Assembly (NCBI GenBank): GCA_963797095.1
Contig: CAWCNY010000002.1
Span: 1,120,001 to 1,184,000 of the forward strand
DNA length: 64,000 bases
Source of the DNA: an uncultured Chloroflexia bacterium
Lineage (GTDB): Bacteria; Chloroflexota; Chloroflexia; QHBQ01; JADMIH01
Reading direction: 5' to 3'
Shown here: in pieces, positions 58,526-64,000 of the stretch
How positions within the stretch are numbered: position 1 is the first letter of the stretch
How the letters are laid out: each line of letters begins with the position of its first letter
The notes under the pieces: generated by a model
Told to the model about the DNA's origin: nothing
Database searches by the model: none
What the model saw: the letters and a program-made list of their open reading frames with translations, nothing else
Made by a program: the position numbers and the translations under genes

Positions 58526-59920
58526 ATGATCCAAGCCAGCCCACGAGCCAATTCGCAATCCGCAGTCAGCACCCCGCAGTCCCGGCGAGGTTTCTGGGCA
58601 AGTATCCGCCGCTACAGGTGGACCGAGTTCCGCCTGCTCCTGATCCCTTCGCTTCTGAGCATCATCGGGATGCTGATGGTCATACTTGTGCCTGTGGGGG
58701 CCGTCCAATGGCAGTGGAAGGACCTCTGGATGAGCTTCCTCTTGATCGGCCTTCTGTACGGGGTGCATGTATGGTTCAACTTTGCCCGCCCCTCCGTTGA
58801 TCAGGCATTATTACCTATCGTAGCCACCCTCACCGTCATTGGCCTCGTCATGATCCAGCGGCTTGAGCCTTCGCTTTCGGATGCCTTCCGGGGAATCGCG
58901 AACAAGCAGGTGGTGTGGATCACGGCTGGCATGCTGGCGATGTGGGGCACTGTTGCCTTCTTGCGCGACCTCAACTGGCTCAGGCGCTACAAATACACCT
59001 TCGCGCTGGGCGGGATCATCCTGGTGGCAGCTACTCTCGTTTTCGGCAGCGATGCAGGCAGCGGCACAGGGGTTCGCCTCTGGTTCAACTTCGGCTTCTT
59101 CCAGTTCCAGCCCTCCGAGCTACTGAAGGTGCTGCTGGTGATCTTCCTCGCGGGCTACCTCGACGACAAGCGCGAGCTTTTGGTGCGCGGCTGGCGCATC
59201 GGCCCCATCAGCCTGCCGCCCCTGCCCTACCTGGCCCCTTTGCTTCTGCTGTGGGCTTTCGCTCTTGTGCTCTTTGTCGTGCAGCGCGACCTCGGCAGCG
59301 CGCTCCTCTTCTTCGGTATCTTCCTGTCTTTGCTGTACGTAGCGAGTGGCAAACCCTTTTACGTGGTGGGAGGCCTGCTCCTCTTCTTCGGTGCGGCCTA
59401 TCTACTGAATAACGCGTTCGCCTCGCAGTTCACGCATATCCAGACGCGCGTCAATATCTGGCTGGACCCCTGGCCTGTCGGATTGGGCGACGGCTTCCAG
59501 ATAGTGCAATCGTTGTTTGCTCTGGCATCGGGGGGCGTGCTGGGCAAGGGCATAGGCTTCGGATCGCCCGGCATCATCCCCGCCGTGCACACCGATATGG
59601 TGATCTCGGCTATCGGGGAGGAGTTGGGGCTGGCGGGCACGCTGGCTGTGATAGCCCTCTTCATGGTGCTTGTATACAGGGGCTACCACATCGCCCTCAG
59701 GGCCAGGAGCGGCTACGAGCAATTGCTGGCGGTCGGCCTGACCACGGTGCTCGGCCTCCAGGCGATCATCATCATGGGTGGTGCGATCAAGATGATCCCG
59801 CTCACCGGCATTACCCTACCGTTCATCAGCTACGGCGGCTCCTCACTGATCACGAACTTCCTGATCATGGGCCTGCTGCTTCGTATCTCGGCCCCCGGGC
59901 GCGGTACGACCCGCCTTTAG
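58526..59920 (+). CDS. rodA: SEDS peptidoglycan glycosyltransferase (RodA/FtsW)
   Basis: 'FQPSELLK', 'RDLGSAL', 'IGEELG..G', 'IPLTGITLPFISYGGSSL'. Confidence 0.93.
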   Translation: MIQASPRANSQSAVSTPQSRRGFWASIRRYRWTEFRLLLIPSLLSIIGMLMVILVPVGAVQWQWKDLWMSFLLIGLLYGVHVWFNFARPSVDQALLPIVATLTVIGLVMIQRLEPSLSDAFRGIANKQVVWITAGMLAMWGTVAFLRDLNWLRRYKYTFALGGIILVAATLVFGSDAGSGTGVRLWFNFGFFQFQPSELLKVLLVIFLAGYLDDKRELLVRGWRIGPISLPPLPYLAPLLLLWAFALVLFVVQRDLGSALLFFGIFLSLLYVASGKPFYVVGGLLLFFGAAYLLNNAFASQFTHIQTRVNIWLDPWPVGLGDGFQIVQSLFALASGGVLGKGIGFGSPGIIPAVHTDMVISAIGEELGLAGTLAVIALFMVLVYRGYHIALRARSGYEQLLAVGLTTVLGLQAIIIMGGAIKMIPLTGITLPFISYGGSSLITNFLIMGLLLRISAPGRGTTRL

Positions 59921-59962
59921 TCTTCTTCGTTCCTTCGAGTTCAAAATGAAAGTTAGCCCATA

Positions 59963-61708
59963 ATGGTTCCTGTTGTTCGCAATCTGGTAAGAGGTTTGGC
60001 GCTGCTGCTGGCGATTGGCCTGTTGGCTTTCGGCATAGTCAGCGACGCGCTCCCCAGACAGCAGGGAGATACTTCGCCTCCTGATGACAGCCGTTGGCTG
60101 ATCAGCCTTGGTCTGGCCTTTATTCTCCTGATGATATTCGCCATCCTGACCGTGTCGGGCGACCCATCGAAACGCGGGGCAACTCCCGATGAGCGTTTCA
60201 GGGCCAATGTCAGGCAACTGGGCGGCTTCCTGCTGGTGGGATTTACTCTCCTAAGCCTCCACCTGCTGCGCGAACAGGTCGTGGCCGCCTCGGCTATCAA
60301 GAACGCGACCGTCGTCACCCCCTCAGGTGAGGTAGTACAGGACCCCCGCAAAATACCCGACCAATTGCGTATTCGCAGGGGCGAGATCTATGCCGGCGAC
60401 CGTCTGATAGCAAGCAGCGAAGTATTCACGCCCTCAACATATGTCCATCGCATCTACCCGGAGCCAAACATCTCATACCTGGCGGGCTACTACAACCCCA
60501 CTGTCTACGGAAGCGCTGGCCTCGAAGCGAGCTTTGACGACTACTTGTCAGGGAAACAGGTGCTCGACCCATTCCTTGAGCAACAGCGCCTGCTCCTCAA
60601 CGAGCCGCCCATCGGAAGCGACCTCTACCTGACCATCGACCCCGACCTGCAAGACCTGGCTCAAGAACAGCTTGGCGAGCGGAAGGGCGCGGTGGTGGTG
60701 CTCGATGCCCAGACCGGGGCGATCCGCGCTCTCGCTTCCTGGCCCCATCTCGATCCCCAGCAGCTTTCGTTCGACCCCTATGCCGACAGTTGGACCGACG
60801 AAAACAAGCGCGTGATCGACTACTACAATTCGCTGCTGGCCGACCCCGACAACCCGCTCATCATGCGTGCTACCCAGGGTCTCTATCCTCCCGGTTCGAC
60901 CTTCAAGACCGTATCGGCGGGCGCGGCCATTGACACAGGCACCGCCAAGCCCACCAGCATCTTCACCGACACCAACGGTACTGTGCAGGTGGAGGCGGGT
61001 GGCTATGTGCATCGCGACTGCTCCACCTGTCGCCCCTCCGGTCACGGCCCCCGCTTCACTCTGATCGAGGGTTACAAGTGGTCGCTGAATGTGGTTTTCG
61101 CCGAGCTTTCCCTGCAAATCGGCCCCAGCAGGATGATGGAGTACGCACGCCGCTTCGGCTTCGGCACCCGCTACGACCTGGGCGTGCCCGTAGACGCCAG
61201 CACCATCGCATCCGACACTGCCCAGCTAGAGGGTAGCAAGAACCTCTTGGCCGCCACCGCCTACGGCCAGGGCGATGTGCAGGCCACCCCCCTGCAAATG
61301 GCTCTCGTGGCGGCGACGGTCGCGCACGGAGGCCAATTGCCCGCGCCTTACCTTGTTTCCTCGATCCGCGACCCTCAGAGCGGCTCGACGGTCTGGCAGT
61401 ACCAGCCCCACGATCTTGGACAGGTCCTTTCGCCCTCAACCAACGCCACCTTGAAAGGAATGATGGAGGAGTCGGTCAAGACCGGGTGGGCCAAAGACGC
61501 CGCCATCCCAGGCGCAACGGTTGGCGGCAAGACGGGCACAGCCGAGACAGGCCGGGATACCGAGCATTCGTGGTTCATCGGTTGGGCTGGCAAAGACCCC
61601 AACAAGCCTCAGTACGCCATCGCAGTAATAATCGAGGATGGGGGCGAAGGCACTCGTGTCGCCCTGCCGCTGGCACGTACAGTGCTTATAGAAGCCTTGA
61701 AGCACTAG
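59963..61708 (+). CDS. pbpA: Class B penicillin-binding protein (PbpA-like)
   Basis: SxxK 'GSTFK', SxN 'SLN', 'GKTGTAE'; three N-terminal TM helices. Confidence 0.9.
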   Translation: MVPVVRNLVRGLALLLAIGLLAFGIVSDALPRQQGDTSPPDDSRWLISLGLAFILLMIFAILTVSGDPSKRGATPDERFRANVRQLGGFLLVGFTLLSLHLLREQVVAASAIKNATVVTPSGEVVQDPRKIPDQLRIRRGEIYAGDRLIASSEVFTPSTYVHRIYPEPNISYLAGYYNPTVYGSAGLEASFDDYLSGKQVLDPFLEQQRLLLNEPPIGSDLYLTIDPDLQDLAQEQLGERKGAVVVLDAQTGAIRALASWPHLDPQQLSFDPYADSWTDENKRVIDYYNSLLADPDNPLIMRATQGLYPPGSTFKTVSAGAAIDTGTAKPTSIFTDTNGTVQVEAGGYVHRDCSTCRPSGHGPRFTLIEGYKWSLNVVFAELSLQIGPSRMMEYARRFGFGTRYDLGVPVDASTIASDTAQLEGSKNLLAATAYGQGDVQATPLQMALVAATVAHGGQLPAPYLVSSIRDPQSGSTVWQYQPHDLGQVLSPSTNATLKGMMEESVKTGWAKDAAIPGATVGGKTGTAETGRDTEHSWFIGWAGKDPNKPQYAIAVIIEDGGEGTRVALPLARTVLIEALKH

Positions 61709-61731
61709 CGCGCTGAAAGGAGGCACAATCA

Positions 61732-61917
61732 ATGGCTAGGAACACAGGTCAGGGCTACCGCATCGGAGCCGTCAAACGCCGCTCTCAAGTAGACAACCCG
61801 GCAAATGATCGCTACACCAAACGCGATGCGGAAACGGGCCGGTTCATCGAACAGAAATCGGATGGCAAGCCCTTCAAAGGCGTTCGCAAAGAGAAGCACG
61901 AGCCAGGTGACTCATAG
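61732..61917 (+). CDS. Small basic conserved hypothetical protein
   Basis: Strong RBS AAAGGAGG; 'GAVKRRSQ..NP...TKRDAETGRF..QKSDGKPFKGVRKEK' resembles a recurrent small-protein family. Confidence 0.7.
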   Translation: MARNTGQGYRIGAVKRRSQVDNPANDRYTKRDAETGRFIEQKSDGKPFKGVRKEKHEPGDS

Positions 61918-61928
61918 ATAGTTATGCT

Positions 61929-62690
61929 CTATCTCTCCTGCACCTGGTCGACATCCACCTTCGGCCCCAGGAACTTAGGCTGGTCGTTCACCAGCATACG
62001 CCAGGCTAACCCCATCACCCCTAGATACTCCCGTGCTTCGTTGTAAACTGTCGAATAGGGTTGCCGGTCGGCTATCACACCTACCGACTTCACATGCAGA
62101 TAGTTGCACCCGAACAACGCGCGCGGTAGGTGGAACTGCTGCGTTACCAATGTGGCCGACGTGAGGCCAAACACCTCGCGGGCGCGATAGCAGCTATCCC
62201 AGCTATTGAAGCCTGCATAGTCCAGCACAATATCGTTGTCGGGCACTCCCAGGCCGAGGGCCGTCTGGCGCATCGCCTCCACCTCGTTGTAATTGACCGC
62301 GCTGTTGTCGCCCGTCATCAACAGCTTCTGCACCTTGCCCGCCTTGTAGAGATCGGCGGCGGTCGCCACTCTGTCATACAGGATGGCCGATGGCCCACCC
62401 GCCTGGTTCAGCCCCGCCCCGAATACCATCGCCACGTGGTTCTCAGGCAGCCTCGCATCGTCCCACCTATAGATGAGACCCGATGTCTGCGCGTCGATCC
62501 ACGCCTTCCACAAGAGCATAACCAGCACCACAAGCGCCACCGCCAGCAAAACAAAAGGCACTATCCTGCGTATGAACGACCCTACTGTGCTTCGCCTCGA
62601 TACGGGTTTATGATAGGCGACGCGGCGCGGTCCCATAGGCGTCGGGTCATAAGCCGGCGGCGTTGGGCGGGTGGCGACATACTTTCTCAT
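61929..62690 (-). CDS. SanA/ElyC (DUF218) family protein
   Basis: 'VFGAG', 'LYKAGKV..LLMTGDN...YNE..AM', 'DYAGF', 'TQ.FHLPRA', 'RE'. Confidence 0.92.
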   Translation of the reverse strand: MRKYVATRPTPPAYDPTPMGPRRVAYHKPVSRRSTVGSFIRRIVPFVLLAVALVVLVMLLWKAWIDAQTSGLIYRWDDARLPENHVAMVFGAGLNQAGGPSAILYDRVATAADLYKAGKVQKLLMTGDNSAVNYNEVEAMRQTALGLGVPDNDIVLDYAGFNSWDSCYRAREVFGLTSATLVTQQFHLPRALFGCNYLHVKSVGVIADRQPYSTVYNEAREYLGVMGLAWRMLVNDQPKFLGPKVDVDQVQER

Positions 62691-62752
62691 AACAACCTGA
62701 AACCCTAGTACATAGCTATACTAACTCGGGAATACCCGATTTCCGGGCGTTA

Positions 62753-64000
62753 CTACTCGTTGCGTTTCACGCTATTCCAATAGTCGTTCATCTCATCCAC
62801 GTTCATGCCGCGCAGTTTCTTACCGTCGGCCACCATCGTACGTTCCATCGTGGTAAAGCGGGTGAGGTATTTGTCGTTGGCGCGCCTCATCGCTTCCTCG
62901 GCGTTGATCCCCATCCACTCTGCCAGGCATACGAGCGCGAAGAGCAGATCGCCCAGCTCCTCTCGCCTCTTGTCGAACTCTGTCTCCGCCTTAAGCTCAC
63001 CAAGCTCCTCCTGCACCTTATCGAACACGCCTCCGATATCCGGCCAATCGAACCCAACACGTGCCGAGCGCACCTGCAACTGCTGTGCGCGCTCGAGGCC
63101 GGGCATGGCGCGGGGCACACTCAGGAGCAGCCCTGTGGCCTCAAGCCCTTGCTCTGCCGCCTGCGCAGCCTCGAACTTTCGACCCGCCTTCGCTTTGGCC
63201 TCCCGCTCTCCCGCCTTGATCACTTCCCAGTTGCGCAGCACATGCTCGGCCCCGGTCACCTGCACATCGCCGAACACATGCGGGTGCCGCCTGATCAACT
63301 TGGTAACAATATGCCCGATCACGTCCGACAGCGTAAACTCCTCGGCTGAAACCGCCAGTTGCGAGTGAAACACTACCTGCAACAGCAAGTCGCCCAACTC
63401 CTCGGCCAACATCTCAGGGTCGCCTGCGTCCATCGCGTCCACCGCTTCGTAGGCTTCCTCCAACAGGTGGTGCTTGATCGAGTCGTGGGTTTGCTCGCGG
63501 TCCCACGGGCACCCGCCCGGCCCGCGCAACCTCCCCATCACATATACCAATCCGTCAAAGTCGCGCAGCAACTGCAACGGCTCCAATGGCGCGAGATATA
63601 CGCAAGCCAGGTGGTTGATACCGTGCCGGTGGTCCATCTCGGCAAGCGTGGTCTCAATAACCTGCTCTTGCCCCGGCACCCCCGCATTCAGCACGATCTT
63701 CACCGGGTGATCGTCTTGGTATCGTTCCATCAGCGCCAGCTTGCACGCCGAAGCTATACGATCGTTGTACACCTGGGTCAAGACCACAGGGTATAGCGGT
63801 GACACTCCCGAAAGCGCCGCGAATACATCAGGCTCGGTAGGCAGCGGGTAGGGGCTGAACAAGAACGGCTCTACCTCCTCACCATTCGTCCTTCGTCCTT
63901 CGTCCTTCGTCCCGTAGCCCGCAAGCTCGGTCCCATCCACGATCTGGAGGCCGCGCTCCAGGGGGTCAACGCCCAGCGCGTCGCACACCGGCTCCAGGAA
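62753..64000 (-). CDS. mazG: MazG nucleoside triphosphate pyrophosphohydrolase with YabN-like N-terminal domain (5' end outside the window)
   Basis: 'GCPWDREQTH', 'EEAYE', 'EELGDLLLQ', 'KLIRRHPHVFG', 'VGFDW'. Confidence 0.93.
   Translation of the reverse strand, partial: FLEPVCDALGVDPLERGLQIVDGTELAGYGTKDEGRRTNGEEVEPFLFSPYPLPTEPDVFAALSGVSPLYPVVLTQVYNDRIASACKLALMERYQDDHPVKIVLNAGVPGQEQVIETTLAEMDHRHGINHLACVYLAPLEPLQLLRDFDGLVYVMGRLRGPGGCPWDREQTHDSIKHHLLEEAYEAVDAMDAGDPEMLAEELGDLLLQVVFHSQLAVSAEEFTLSDVIGHIVTKLIRRHPHVFGDVQVTGAEHVLRNWEVIKAGEREAKAKAGRKFEAAQAAEQGLEATGLLLSVPRAMPGLERAQQLQVRSARVGFDWPDIGGVFDKVQEELGELKAETEFDKRREELGDLLFALVCLAEWMGINAEEAMRRANDKYLTRFTTMERTMVADGKKLRGMNVDEMNDYWNSVKRNE
63884..63911. 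repeat. CTTCGTC-type heptamer x4 inside the mazG CDS
   Basis: Encodes 'TKDEGRRTN' on the minus strand. Confidence 0.85.

Noticed and set aside
62753-64000. MazG as an anti-phage or toxin-antitoxin component
   Set aside because: It is the housekeeping YabN-type tandem-domain form with no adjacent defence genes visible.
1-64000. tRNA, rRNA, prophage or integrase
   Set aside because: None recognised by eye; tRNAscan-SE or Infernal would be needed to exclude them formally.

Overview
High-GC bacterial chromosomal window, most likely Chloroflexota. This is inferred from 'YFPETG' repeat proteins, Cys-rich SLH modules, XRE-NB-ARC-WD40 proteins, rny-spoVS and heptamer-based intergenic repeats. It holds about 45 CDSs: an ECF42/ECF123-type sigma factor, rny-spoVS, a nested pair of IS elements, four large secreted proteins sharing a Cys-rich triple-SLH anchor, a BNR-propeller/MoaD/EEP-nuclease operon, a minus-strand hydrolase/ferritin/antiporter cluster, a frameshift-split double-STAND (NLR-like) gene, a Dpp/Opp ABC operon, mtnP, rodA-pbpA, sanA-like and mazG. 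Main observations not explained by routine annotation: (1) a candidate 6S RNA at 44320-44502 on the minus strand; (2) a LexA-like box in the promoter of the propeller-MoaD-nuclease operon; (3) a tandem two-NTPase NLR-like architecture split by one extra base; (4) a circularly permuted DppA; (5) a 33-bp identical element upstream of both an SLH gene and dppA; (6) heptamer-built palindromes that also enter coding sequence; (7) an ISAs1 inserted into the terminal inverted repeat of another IS; (8) several single-base lesions (ACG start, in-frame TGA, apparent lost stop). All family calls come from motif recognition by eye; no searches or folding programs were run.
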